Shown: positions 12,765 to 25,229 of the stretch, piece by piece
How the letters are laid out: each line of letters begins with the position of its first letter
How positions within the stretch are numbered: the stretch's first letter is position 1
Assembly (NCBI RefSeq): GCF_009914755.1
Contig: NC_060941.1
DNA length: 64,000 bases
Strand: one strand, 5' to 3'
Origin: the human T2T-CHM13v2.0 reference genome, Homo sapiens
Program-made: the position numbers and the translations under genes
Notes under the pieces: generated by a model
Seen by the model: only the letters and a program-made list of their open reading frames with translations
Database searches by the model: none
Told to the model about the DNA's origin: nothing

Positions 12765-12943
12765 CAGTATTGTTCATCTAATTTGGTGTGCTTGTTGCAG
12801 AAACATCCATGTATTTGAATATTGGATGCTGCCCCAGACCTAGATGGGGGTGTTCTGTGATATAAATTTATAAAATCTGAAAAAAATTCATTTTAAAGTG
12901 CATCTGCATGGTATGTTTTCAGATAAGAGATTGGGGAGCTCTA
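12765..12943. mobile_element. Tigger15a-like DNA transposon fragment
   Basis: 'gctgccccagacctagatgggggtgtt...aaaatctgaaaaaaattc...catctg...tttcagataagagattgggga'. Confidence 0.55.
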
Positions 12944-12944
12944 C

Positions 12945-13292
12945 CAGCCAGACTTCAGGAAAGAGGTCAGGACTAGGAATATAAACGTGAAAGTTATGAT
13001 TGTATAGATTGCGTTTTAATAAAGCTGAGTGGCTGGATAATAATATCTAGGGGTTGAATATATGTGACAAAAAAAAAAGAGGAACAAGGACTAGACCATG
13101 GCCTACTCCACTGTTTTGAGTGATAAGATGGACATAAAAAAGGAGACTGAGAAGAGGTAACCAGAGAGGTAGGAGAAAAACAAAGATTGCTGTCCAGAAA
13201 GCAAATGTAGTGTTTCAAGAGCATGACAGGAAGGAGAGATCGCCTGTGTGGAATGCAGCTTACAGGTCTAGAAAAATGAGAATTGAACATGT
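12945..13292 (-). mobile_element. L2 fragment
   Basis: 'aaggagactgagaagaggtaaccagagaggtaggagaaaaac...aatgcagcttacaggtctagaaaaatgagaattgaa'. Confidence 0.7.
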
Positions 13293-13300
13293 GAAAGAAA

Positions 13301-13326
13301 AGCAGCAGCAGCAGCAGCAACAACAA
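13301..13326. repeat. (CAG)5(CAA)3 short triplet repeat
   Basis: Direct reading. Confidence 0.9.
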
Positions 13327-13344
13327 TATCAAGAATCCTTTCTC

Positions 13345-15351
13345 AGAAGTCCTAGCCAGAACAATCAGACAAGACAAAGAAATAAAAGGCATCCAAACAG
13401 GAAAAGAAGTCAAACTATCTTGACTGACTATATGATTCTACACCTAAAGACTCTATCAAAAGGCTCCCGGAACAGATAAACAACTTCAGTAAAGTTTTAT
13501 ATTAAAAAAAAATGTACAAAAATCAGTAGCATTTATATACAATAACAATATGCAAGCTGAGAGCCAGATTAAGAACACAATCCCATTTACAATAGCCATA
13601 AAAAATTAAAATACCTAGGAATACATCTAACCAAGAAAGAGAAAGATCTCTACATGGAGAACTATAAAACACTGTAGAAGGAAATCAGAGATGGCACAAA
13701 CAGATGGGAAAACATTCCATGCTCATGGATGGGAAGAATCGGTATCTTTAAAAAAGCCATACTGCCCAAAACAATCTACAGATTCAATGCTATTCCTATC
13801 TAACTACCAGCATTATATTTCACAGAATTAGGAAAAACTATTCTAAAATTCATATAGAACCAAGAAAGAGCCCAAATATCCAAAGCAATTCTAAGCCAAA
13901 AGAAAAAAGTTGAAGGCATCACATAACCCAACTTGAAACTACACTCTAAGGCTATGATAACCAAAGCAGCATGGTACTAGTACAAAAGCAGACATGTAGA
14001 CCAATAGAACAGAATAGAGAATCCAGAAATAAATTCACACAACACCAGCCATCTGCCACACAATGCCAGCCATCTGATCTTTGGCAAAGTTGACAAAAAT
14101 AAGCAATGGGGAAAGACTCCATATTCAATAAATGGTGCTGGGATAGCTGGCTAACCATATGCAGAAGAATGAAACTCCTACTTTTCACCACATACAAAAT
14201 TAACTCAAGATGGATTAAAGATTTAAATGTAAGACTTGAAGTTTTAAGAATCCTAGGAAAAAACCTAGGAAACACCATTCTGGATACAGGCCTTGGGAAA
14301 GAGTTTATGACTAAGTCCTCAAAAGCAATTGCAACAAAAACAAAAATTGACAAGTGGGACCTAATTAAACTAAAGAACTTCTGCACAGCAAAGGAAACTA
14401 CCAACAGGTTAGACAATCTACAAAATGGAAGAAAATATATGCATCTGACAAAGATCTAATATTCAGAATCTATAAAAACTTAAACAATTCAACAAGCAAA
14501 GCATTAAAAAGTGGGCAAAATACATGAACAGACACTTCTCAAAAGAGGATATACAAGTGGCTAAGAAACATGAAGAAATGCTCAGTGTCACTAACCATCA
14601 GAGAAGTGCAAATCAAAACCACAATGAGATGCCATCTCATATCAGTCAGAATGGCTATTATTAAAAAGTCAAAAAGCAACAGATGCTGGCAAGGCTACAG
14701 AGAAAATGGAATGCTTATACATTGCTGGCGGCACTGTAAATTAGTTTAGCCACTGTGGACAGCTATCTGGAGATTTCTCAGATAACTTAGAACTACCATT
14801 TGGCCCAGAAATCCCATTACTGGTATATATCAAAAATAAAATAAATTGTTCTATCAAAAAAGACACATGCACTCAAATGTTCACTACAGCACTATTCACA
14901 ATAGGAAAGATATGGAATCAACCTAGGTGCCTATTAACACAAGATTGGATAAAGAAAATGTAGTATATATACACTGGAATATTATGCAACCATAAAAATG
15001 AAATTATGCCCTTTGCAGCAACATGGATGCAGCCGCAGGCCATTATCCTAAGTGAATTCATGCAGGAACAGAAAACCAAATACTGCATGTTCTCACTTAA
15101 AAGTGGGAGCTAAACATTTAGTTAACATAGACATAAAGATGGCAACAGTAGACACTGGAGATTACTAAAGGAGGAGGGAAGGAGGAGAAAAGGGGTTGAA
15201 TAACTATTGGATACTATGCTCACTACCTGGGTAATGGGGTCAGTCATACCCCATACCTCAGCATCACATGGTATGCCCATATAACAAACCTGCATGTGTA
15301 TCTCCTGGATGTAAAGTAAAAGCAGAAATTATTTTTAAAAAGGATTATAAA
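13345..15351 (+). mobile_element. 5'-truncated L1PA15/16 (about 2 kb)
   Basis: ORF2 remnants (track ORF 14106-14459 '[15 protein letters not shown]...[11 protein letters not shown]') and a PA15/16-type 3' UTR. 14-bp TSD aagaatcctttctc (13331-13344) / aagaaccctgtctc (15352-15365). Confidence 0.92.
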
Positions 15352-15524
15352 AAGAACCCTGTCTCTTTTTCATTATTATCACCAGGATTTATGAAACTGA
15401 TAGCCATTCTTAATACACATTTGATCTCATTTCTAAAATGATTACTTACTAGTTGCTACTTTGAGGCACTTAAACTACTTTATATTTCCTGGAGGTGAGG
15501 TGCATTTCATGAAGACTATGTAAT

Positions 15525-15740
15525 ACAGTTAAAAAACATAAACTTCAAGTCCACAAAGATCTGGATGCAAAATATACACCTAATTACGCTGCCCACAGAT
15601 CAATAGGTCAATCTCAGATAAGTTACTTAACATTGCTGCATCTCAGTTGTCTCATCTGAAGAATGAGGCTATTAACAACAATCTCAAATATATGATGAAG
15701 ATTAAAAGCAGGTCTGGAGCACATAACAGGTCCTCAAAGT
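15525..15740 (+). mobile_element. MIR
   Basis: 'ataagttacttaacattgctgcatctcagttgtctcatctgaagaatgagg'. Confidence 0.7.
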
Positions 15741-16172
15741 TCTTCCCCTTTTCTAGGGAAAGTGGACAACCTACAAAAGAGAAGTATGGCAGTAAGAGGA
15801 AGCACATACTGAATGAATCCTTAGGAGACATGGGCTAGAGTTCTGGCTGTGGCAGCTACATTTTGTGAAACCCCAGGCAACTCACATCACATTCTTAAGC
15901 CTTGGAATCAGAGGTCAATAATCTACAGGCCCAATCTGCCATGTTGTGATTGATTAGAAACATATTTTTAGGTGGTTGGTTGGTTGGTTATATAGGTATT
16001 GCTCTCTAGTTTGCCATAGTTGATCCTTTTCTCATGATATGAATCATTTACATTATCTTCCTGTCCCTTGAATTGACTCAATTTTGCAGCCCCTGGAGTA
16101 CAAAATCCTTCTGGTCCCTTCATTGAGAACATTTTACACATTTTGTAACTAGCACTCCTACATGTCCTTGTT

Positions 16173-16660
16173 CAGGGTACCTTTAATTATTGAACGCTAT
16201 AGACACAATGCTTAGAGCCTATGCTGTTTTCAATACCACAGGAAATATTTTAGGCCTGAAGATAAAATGATGGTCTCTGAAATAAGAAAGACAAACTGCA
16301 AAAGTAAATGATAGAAGTTGTTATATACAAAACATATAATGGCATACCAGCCACTCAACAGCAACTCAGTTCAGGTAGTTTGATATTTAAAAAATGAAGT
16401 TTAAATTGCAAGAATACAATTAATAATTTATTATTTTTATTTTTTTTTTGTAGAAAGAGAGTCTCACTATGTTGCCCAGGCTGATTTTGAATTCCTGGGC
16501 TCAAGCCATCCTCCTGCCTTAGCCTCCCAAGTGCTGGGATTACAGCAGTAAGCCACTGCACGTGGCCAGTAATTTATGCCTTAGGCAACTTGGAATTATA
16601 GAAAATTATCAAAATCTTTTCAAATTTTTTAGGGCAAATATTGCACTTAATGCTAATGTG
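16173..16660. mobile_element. Possible hAT-Tip100 (MER96-like) DNA transposon remnant, interrupted by FLAM
   Basis: Begins 'cagggtacctttaattattgaacgctatagacacaatgcttagagcctatg', loosely like the MER96B 5' end. Confidence 0.3.
16428..16567 (-). mobile_element. FLAM_C / Alu monomer
   Basis: Single Alu arm with T-tail; TSD-like a(a/g)taattta. Confidence 0.85.
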
Positions 16661-16938
16661 GAGGCATAGAATGTTATTCTTTAGGAACTGTAGTTACTCT
16701 TGTTTTTCTGCCATTCTTGGGGAATGTATCCCATAATTTTGAGCTTTTGTCATCTATTTCCTGCACCCTTTTCTCTAAGCTATCAAAGAAGTGAGGAAGA
16801 GAACGGTTATCTATGCTTCCATATTCACACATTTGTCTTATTATAGATCATTCTGTCCTTAGAACTTAGCAAATTGTAGGTGCTCAGTGATGTTTATTGG
16901 CATAATCGTCCGCTGAGGGGGAAGGTAGGAATGACAGG

Positions 16939-17365
16939 TGTTCTGTGAAAGGGCGGTATATACAAAGTGGCCCTCAAATGCAGAAGGAGCTGAGAAATCA
17001 AAGAAGAAGGCAAACAAATCTAGTTTGTCATTTTTGGGTTATTTATTAGAACTTACAGACAGAAGTGTGGTCTTGGTGGCCACAAGACAGTTAGAGATCC
17101 ACACTGCAACCCTCAGGCTCATGGCTTATATCTTGGGGAAAGCATACGTGCTCTGGAAAGAATATGTAGGTGGCTATGTGTGTCACCACCTATGATTTCT
17201 GCAATGGCATCAAGAGTTCTTGTGGAGGAAACTTAGAGTGAATAAGTGTTTCTACATAAAGAATAATACATCAACTAGACATTTCAGAGGCACTCCCAGA
17301 CTCAGGGTTAGTCTGAAGTTACATGGCAGATTAGCATTTAAAATAAAGTCATTCTCATCCCCACA
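16939..17365 (-). mobile_element. ERVL solo LTR (LTR47B-like)
   Basis: TG...CA ends; TSD acagg/gcagg. The reverse strand reads 'tgtggggatgagaatgacttt...gctaatctgccatg...gatataagcc...aataaa...ccctttcacagaaca'. Confidence 0.85.
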
Positions 17366-17439
17366 GCAGGGGTCAGGTGCCTGGAAGGGATATAATGTAA
17401 AGTTTTGGTTGGTTCATCATAGGATATCTAAACTCCTAT

Positions 17440-17870
17440 ATTGTTTGGGGAAGCAATATTCCCAGCATCCCTTGCCTCTAGGAGGGGACATGTGACGTAT
17501 TTGCTACAGAGAGGCATATGTCTGTTCAGGTTTCTAGAAAAGCTTTTACTTTTCTGACTTAATGGGATAGATGCAGCTAGTATTGCATGCCCTCTTTCTA
17601 CCTGAAATCCAGGAGTGATACCTGGAGGAGCAGGTGATGTTTTGGCTATGTTAAGTTGAAAATCCTGCATGCTGGGAATGGTGGAATATAGGCTGAAGAA
17701 CATTCGATCTTTGATGTCATAGATAAACAGCTGCACCAACTCAGATCATCTACTTCCATATTGCTTATTACAAGATAAAATTAAACCTCATAATAAGCCA
17801 TAGAAAGTCAGGGTTTTTGGGTTTTGTTTTCATTTTGTACTTGCAGCCAAGATGATGTCTGATTGCTATA
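17440..17870 (+). mobile_element. MLT1J/K-type MaLR LTR
   Basis: 'ttcccagcatcccttgcctctaggaggggacatgtgac...tttctagaaaagcttt...tacttgcagccaa'. Confidence 0.75.
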
Positions 17871-18759
17871 CCATAAGAGGGGAGTTAAAAATGGAGGAGA
17901 GATGAAGATCATTGGCACCTTTAGAAACTTTGAAGCTAGGACACTGAAAGGATGTTCTGGAAGGAAAGTGACTGTATGTATACAGATTTTTTTTTAAGCC
18001 TTTAAGAAAATAACAATGGTTATGCTAGCAGGGGATATGTATAGGTTTTTATACCCTAAAGTATAAGACTTAAATAGATGATGAAACAACCAGGTACTCA
18101 GTATAGAATACCTCAGTCCAGATGCATAGCTTCCTGGTATTCAAGATGATACAGGAATAGAGCTTAGAAAACAGAGAAATTGATGCCTAGCATGCTCCTT
18201 ACTTACATTATTTATCTATGCACATCAATTTTCTTACCAATCATTTTTGGCAGGAGTATGAATGGTAGATAATTCAAGCTAAACTCCTTGGAATCATATG
18301 AAATGTATCTTTTCTCTGGCTACTTCATGAAACATCCCCTACTAGACTGAGATACTTAAGGGAACGAACTAGAAGAGAGGAAAGTGTTTGTGACAGTGGG
18401 ATAGGGTTTGGAGATGACTCAGGCAAATGTCAGGCAAGGAAACATTTAAGCTGCTTCAAAGTGGTTTTTGAAAAAAAATGATTAATTTTGGATAAGCAAT
18501 CAGGTAAGGAAGTAATGTCTGTCCTGTGGCCATTTATAAATAAACACATACCCAGAGATTTCAAAAAGTATATCTTTAAGATACATTATTTAGCACTTCT
18601 TTTCCAGTTTCATTCTGTTCTTTGGCTTAGAGAAGCCTCCTTTTTTAGCTGTGTGCTGAAACTCAGTTAATTGGGATGTGGTTCTAATACACTAAAAGGT
18701 GTGCCTTTAATTTTCATTCCCGTCATTGAATTCTGTTCCCCCAGTAAAGATATAATAAC

Positions 18760-18870
18760 CATCATGGTACAGGAAAATTAGTTCCCTCTGTGGGCCTGTT
18801 TCCACACTTGAAACGAGACAGTGGACCAGGTGTTCATAAAGGTGCCTGCCTGCTCTAACATTCAATGGTG
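18760..18870 (+). mobile_element. MIR3/MIR fragment
   Basis: 'ccctctgtgggcctgtttccacacttgaaa...aaggtgcctgcctgctctaacattc'. Confidence 0.5.
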
Positions 18871-19429
18871 TTGGAATTCTACAACATAGATTCTCTTACC
18901 TTTCAGTCCTGAGGTGCAGTGGACAATGAGATAGCTGATGACCACTCATTTTCCAGACAAGCCAAGTTCATCCTCTGAGAGCAAATGGCTTGCATGGCTT
19001 TCTTAGGCAAAGAATAGCTCATCAACACATTATGGCAAGCCTAGTATTTGCGCTTGCTTTCTGGAGAATTTCAAAACACAAATAAAGACCTTTTCTTTCA
19101 ATTATTAAGATCAGAATAACTTTACTTAGAGTGAAAAAAAAAATTGGAATTGCCCTAAAAACTCTATGTATGGATCCTGATTTTTCAAAAGATCTCAAAT
19201 TATCTTTCTTTTTTTATAAATTCCTGACAAAAATTATCTCATTCAGAACTATATAGCTCTAATCAAATATCCACTGCATGCCATAATCGGGGGTAGGCCA
19301 TTTCAGTACCTACTAGACAATAAACAACTCCAGAATGTGTCTTGTTTTTATGCATTTGTATATTTTCAGAGCTTGGTACAGAGCATGACATGTAGAAGAC
19401 ACCCACAAATGTTTAATGTATTTGTAGCA

Positions 19430-19630
19430 ATAATTTCATCCTATAAAACTTTAAATAATAATATGAGGTAGGTAACTACTACTATTATTTTCATTGCATA
19501 TCTATGTAAATTGAGGCTCAAAGAAGTAAAAAACCAAAAATCTGGTCCATGGTCACAGACCAGTTACTGGCAGAGCTTTGGTTTGAATCTAAGCATCTTA
19601 ACTCCAGAGAAAGTACTCTTTATACTAACT
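19430..19630 (-). mobile_element. MIR
   Basis: 'tatgaggtagg...aaattgaggctcaaagaagtaaa...ggtcacagaccagttactggcagagc'. Confidence 0.75.
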
Positions 19631-19650
19631 GAATTGTACGTTTTTAGAAA

Positions 19651-20133
19651 TTACTTTTTAAGTTTCTAACTGGCAAACAATAATTGTATATATTTATGGA
19701 ACACTGTCTGTCAAAAAGATGTCTGCATGCCCATGTTCATTGCAGCATTATTCACAATAGCTAAGATATGCAATTAACTGGGTATGCAATGGATGAATGG
19801 ATAAAGAAACTAGGATATACACACAATGAAATACACCACTAAAAACAAAGAAAGAAAGAAAAGAAAAAAATAGGATACTATTCAGCTTTTACAAAGAAGG
19901 AATTCTGTCATTTGCGACAATGTGGGTAAACCTGGAGGACAATATGCTAAGCGAAATAAATCAGGCACAAAAAGACAAATACCACATGATCTCACTCATG
20001 TGGAATCAAAAAAAGCCAAACTCATAAAAGCAGAGAGCAGAATGATGGTTACCAGGGGCTGAGAATGGGGGTGAAGGGGAATGGAAAGATGTTGGCCAAA
20101 GGGTATGAGTGTCAGGTAGACAGGAGGAATAGA
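19651..20133. mobile_element. L1MA 3' UTR pieces: short antisense 3' terminus (19651-19700) joined to a sense segment (19709-20133)
   Basis: 'aaacaataattgtatatatttatgga' is the antisense L1MA end; it is followed by sense 'cccatgttcattgcagcattattcacaatagc...gtagacaggaggaata'. Confidence 0.75.
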
Positions 20134-20191
20134 TTGTGCCATCTTATTATGACTCTCCACCTATTCGCCTTTTCCTTTACACTCCAAGCTC

Positions 20192-20483
<292 letters not shown>

Positions 20484-21391
20484 TCCAAGCTGTTACAGAA
20501 GGATTTTCAGCTAGAATATGGAAATAACCGGCTTCTGATAGAATTTTTTTTTTTTTTTTGTAGAAAACCAATTTTGCAGCAAAAGAGATCCTTCCTTGAG
20601 TTTAGCTTGGAGTAATATGCCCCAGTGCCATCCCACAGAGAACAGGAAAGAATTAAAAGACTGACAAAGAAATGATACACGGGAAAGTAGGAGTCTGATT
20701 AAATAGAAGTTACAAGGGTAAGAGAGTGGGCCCTGAGCCACTGGACGAGGTGCCGGGGCAGAGACAGGAAATGAAATCTGCAGCAGCTCAGTGAAGAAGC
20801 CGTTTCCCCAAATCCAGAGCCCAGGTAGAATCTTAGGTCTAGAAAGGTTTTTATTATTTCATTTCAAACTCTATGGGTGCTTGATTAACAATATTATTTA
20901 GAATGTGGTCTGTGCTTCTCACTTTCATGATAATTATAAAGTTCTTGGGTAACAAAATGAGTTATGCCATTAACTAGTTTATAATCTGTTATACCAAGCA
21001 GTTTTTCATCAACATTGCAGTACCTGCTTGATTTTGTATTTATAATAATATTACTAAAACTTATCTGAAACTCAGTTTTCTGGGATTTGGATGAAGCTGA
21101 CTGGTTCAGCTCATGACTTTACTCTGAAAGTTTTCTACATATTGGGAGGTTCTTCCCTTCCTCTGTCAATTATTCACTGAGCTCCTCATGCCCTTAAGAC
21201 TACTAAGTATCTTCAAAGTTTCAACTGAATTATCCTTTTCCCAGGAACACAAAGAATTTAGGAATTGGTTTGTTTGCGGTTAACCATTCATGCCATGAGC
21301 TAAAGAAGTTGGATTCAATAAAGTATTATTTATTAAGTGGTATCTATCATATTAAGGGGTTATATGGGGTTTTAAAAAATCTTTCTCATGC

Positions 21392-21690
21392 AGCCACGCA
21401 TGATGGCTCACGCCTATAATCCCAGCACTTTGGGAGGCTGAGGCAGGTGGATCACCTGAGGTTGGGAGTTCGAGACTAGCCTGACCAACATGGAGAATCC
21501 CCATCTCTACTGAAAATACAAAATTAGCTGGGCATGGTGGTGCATGCCTGTAATCCCAGCTACTCAGGAGGCTGAGACAGGAGCATCCCTTGAACCCAGA
21601 GGGGCAGAGGTTGGGACGAGCCAAGATTGCACCCTTGCACTCCAGGCTGGGCAACAAGAACGAAACTCTCTCTCAAACAGACAAACAAAA
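21392..21690 (+). mobile_element. AluSp
   Basis: 'gaggttgggagttcgagactagcctgaccaacatggaga', 'ggcaacaagaacgaaactc', (CAAA)-type tail. Confidence 0.92.
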
Positions 21691-21694
21691 AGAA

Positions 21695-22495
21695 TAACTG
21701 GAACTCTCATACATACCTTGTTGGTAAGATTTGTTAAATTGTGCTATTATTTTGGAAAAATATCTGGAAGTTTCATATAAAACCAAACATATACCTAAAC
21801 TATGATCCAGCAATTTCAATCCTTGGATTTACCCCAAATAAATAAAAACATATGAACACAAAAATACTTGTACAAGGAGGTCGATAGTGGCTATATACAT
21901 AATGGCCAATATCCCAAGTATATGAGTAAATAAATTATGATATATTCATACAAAGGACTACTATTTAGAAACAGAAGGGAAGAAAAAACATAGGTAAATC
22001 TTTAAAACCTCGAATGAGAAAGATTCATGCTGAAAGTACATACCCTGTGATTACATTGCCTGTTCTAACAGGCAATTTTATCTTTGACACAAAAGAAATC
22101 AGAATGGTGGTTGCCTGTGGAATGGGAGTGGAGATTGAATGGGAAGAAGCCTGAAGAATGATGCTTTATTTATGGAGTGATGACAATGTATATGTCTTGA
22201 TGGGCATATGGGTTATTTGGGTATACGCATTGGTCAAAATCCAACAAATGTATGCTGAATATTTGTGTATTTAAATGTACATCAAATGAAAAATAATAAA
22301 TATTGATCTCTAATCATATAAATGCTGCAGTATTTAGGTGTTGTAGATGTCTACAATTTATTTTAAAATGCATCAGAAAACAAGTTGAATTGATGGATGT
22401 AGAGAGGGATGTCATAGAACAAAAGGAGGTGGTGAATATGGGTGTTCGTTGTAAAATTCTTTAAACTTTATTGAACGTTTGAATTTTTAAAATAA
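21695..22495 (+). mobile_element. Old L1MD/L1ME 3' portion
   Basis: 'ggaactctcatacat', 'tatgatccagcaatttcaatcctt', 'gaaatcagaatggtggttgcctg', 'gtaaaattctttaaacttt'. Confidence 0.75.
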
Positions 22496-22826
22496 TTTTC
22501 AGAGGAATCACTATTGCCTCTAAATCTGGGAGTTTATTTTCTACTTTTCTTTATTTGACTATTTTATAAGCATTCTTATATTGGCTCCAACCTGTGCAAG
22601 TTCATATTTTCATTCTCACCTTAGAGTCAACTCTCAGAAATGAAAAAAGAAAGTTTCAAGCTAAATGCAAATAAACAAAAGAACTTACAGCTATAAATGA
22701 CATCAAAGATTCATTTAATTAGAAAATAATAGTACTCTCACCCCAATCAAGACTATTTTGGAGACTCTGATTTTGTGCTTTCTTGCTTACCAGGCAAAGA
22801 AATTGGTGCAAAATAATTCAGCTTCA

Positions 22827-23750
22827 GGAAAGATCTGGCAAGATGGCTGAATAGGAACAGCTCCGGTCGCAGCTCCCAGCGAGACCAACACAGGAGGGTG
22901 ATTTCTGCATTTCCAACTGAGGTACCCGGTTCATCTCATTAGGACTGGTCAGGCAGTGGGTACAGCCCACGGAGGGTGAGCAGAAGCAGGTTGGGGCATC
23001 ACCTCACCCGAGGAGTGCAAGGGGCTGGGAACCTACCTCCCCCAGCCAAGGGAAGCCGTGAGGGACTGTGCTATCTGGCCCAGACGCTACACTTTTCCCA
23101 TAGTTTTTACAACCCGCAGACCAGGAGATCCCCTCGTGTGCCCACCCCACCAGGGCCTTGGGTTTCAAGCACAAAACTGAGAGGCTGCTTGGGCAGACAC
23201 CAAGCTAGATGCAGTTTTTTTTTTTTTCATACCCCAATGGCATCTGGAACCCCAGCGAGACAGGACCGCTCACTCCCCTGGAAAAGGTGCCGAAGCCAGG
23301 GAGCCAAGTGATCTCACTCAGCAAGTCCCTCTCCCACAGAGCCCAGCAAGCTAAGAACCACTGGCTTGAAATTCTCGCTGCCAGCACAGCAGTCTGAAGT
23401 CAACCTGGGACAATCAAGCTTGATGGGGGGAGGGGCATCCATCATTACTGAGGCTTGAGTAGGTGGTTTTCCCCTGACAGTGTTAAGGAGGCTGGGAAGT
23501 TCAGACTGGGCGGAACTCTCCACAGCAAGACAAAGCCGCTATGGCCAGACTGCCTCTCTAGATTCCTCCTCACCCGGCAGGGCATCTCTGAAAGAAAGGC
23601 AGCAGTCCCAGTCAGGGGCTTATAGATAAAACTCCCATCTCCTTTGGACAGAGCACCTGGGGGAAGGGGCAGCTGTGGGCGCAGCCTCAGCAGACTTAAA
23701 CATTCCTGACTGCTGGCTCTGAAGAGAGCAGCAGATTTCCCAGCACAGCG
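22827..23750. promoter_or_regulatory. L1 5' UTR internal sense promoter / antisense promoter region, with YY1 site caagatggctg at 22839-22849
   Basis: Position at the L1 5' end, YY1 motif and residual CpGs. Promoter function of L1 5' UTRs is established; activity of this copy is unknown. Confidence 0.6.
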
Positions 23751-24150
23751 CTCGAGCTCTGCTAAGGGACAGACTGCCTACTCAAGTGGGTCCTTGACCC
23801 CCGTGCCTCCTGAATGAGAGACACCTTTCAGCAGGGGTTGACAGACACCTCCTACAGGAGAGCTCTGGCTAGCATCAGGCAGGTGCTCCTCTGGGACAAA
23901 GCTTCTAGGGGAAGGAGCAGGCAGCAGTCTTTTCTGTTCTGCAGCCTCTGCTGGTGCTACCCAGGCAAACAGGGCCTGGAGTGGACCTCCAGCAAACTCC
24001 AGCAGATCTGCAGAAGAGGGGCCTGACTGTTACAAGAAAAACTAACAAACAGAGTGCAATAATGGCAACATCAAGAAAAAGGAACCTCACACAAAAACCC
24101 CATCCAAAGGTCATCAGCATCAAAGATCAAAGATAGATAAATCCATGAAG

Positions 24151-25167
24151 ATGAGGAAAAACCAGTGCAAAAATGCTGAAAATTCCAAAAATGAGAATGC
24201 CTCTTCTCCTCCAAGTGATTGTAATGTCTCTCCAGCAAGAGTGCAGAACTGGGAGAATGAGATGGACAAATTGAGAAAAGTAGGCTTCAGAAAGTAGGTA
24301 ATAACAAACTCCTCTGAGCTAAAGGAACATGTTCTAACCCAATGCAAGGAAGTTAAGAACCTTGATAAAAGGCTATAGGAACTGCTAACTAGAATAATCA
24401 CTTTAGAGAAGAACATGAATGAACTGATGGAGCTGAAAAACACAGCACAGAACTTCATGAAGCATATAAAAGTATCAATAGCTAAGTCAATCAAGCAGAA
24501 GAAAGGACATCAGAGATTGAAGATCAACTTAATGAAATAAGGTGTGAAGACAAGATTATAGAAAAAAGAATCAAAAGGACTGAACAAAGCATCCAAGAAA
24601 TGAGGGACTATGTGAAAAGACCACACCCACATTTGATTGGTGTACCTGAAAGTGACAGGGAAAATGGAACCAAACTGGAAGACGCACTTCGGGATATTAT
24701 CCAAGAGAACTTCCCCAACCTAGCAAGCAGGCCAACATGCAAATTCAGGAAATACGGAGAACACCACTAAGATACTCCTGGAGAAGAGCAACCCCAAGAC
24801 ACATTGTCAGATTCTCCAAGGTTGAAATGAAGGAAAAATGTTAAGGGCAGCCAGAGAGAAAGGTCAGGTTACCTACAAAGGGAAGCTCATCAGACTAACA
24901 GTGGATCTCTCTGCAGAAACCCTACAAGTAAGAAGAGTATGGGGGCCAATATTCAACATTCTTAAAGAAAAGAATTTTCAACACAGAATTTCATATCCAA
25001 CCAAACTAAGCTTCATAAGCAAAGGAGAAATAAAATCCCTTACAGAGAAGCAAATGCTGAGGGATTTTATCACCACCAGGATGACCTTACCAGAGCTCCT
25101 GAAGGAAGCACTAAATATGGAAAGGAAAAACTGGTACCAGCCAATGCAAAAACATACCAAAATATAA
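24151..25167 (+). pseudogene. L1 ORF1p (disrupted)
   Basis: Starts ATGAGGAAAAACCAG (MRKNQ). C-terminal fragment in track ORF 24838-25167 'MLRAAREKGQVTYKGKLIRLTVDLSAETLQ'. Premature stop near 24295 plus frameshifts. Confidence 0.9.
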
Positions 25168-25229
25168 AGACCAAAGACACTGTGAAGAAACCACATCAAA
25201 TAATGTGCAAAATACCAGCCAGCATCAGG

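Noticed and set aside
13210-13479. ORF containing polyQ (8 Q)
   Set aside because: It is a chimera of antisense L2, a short (CAG)5(CAA)3 run and an out-of-frame L1 start, with no gene context.
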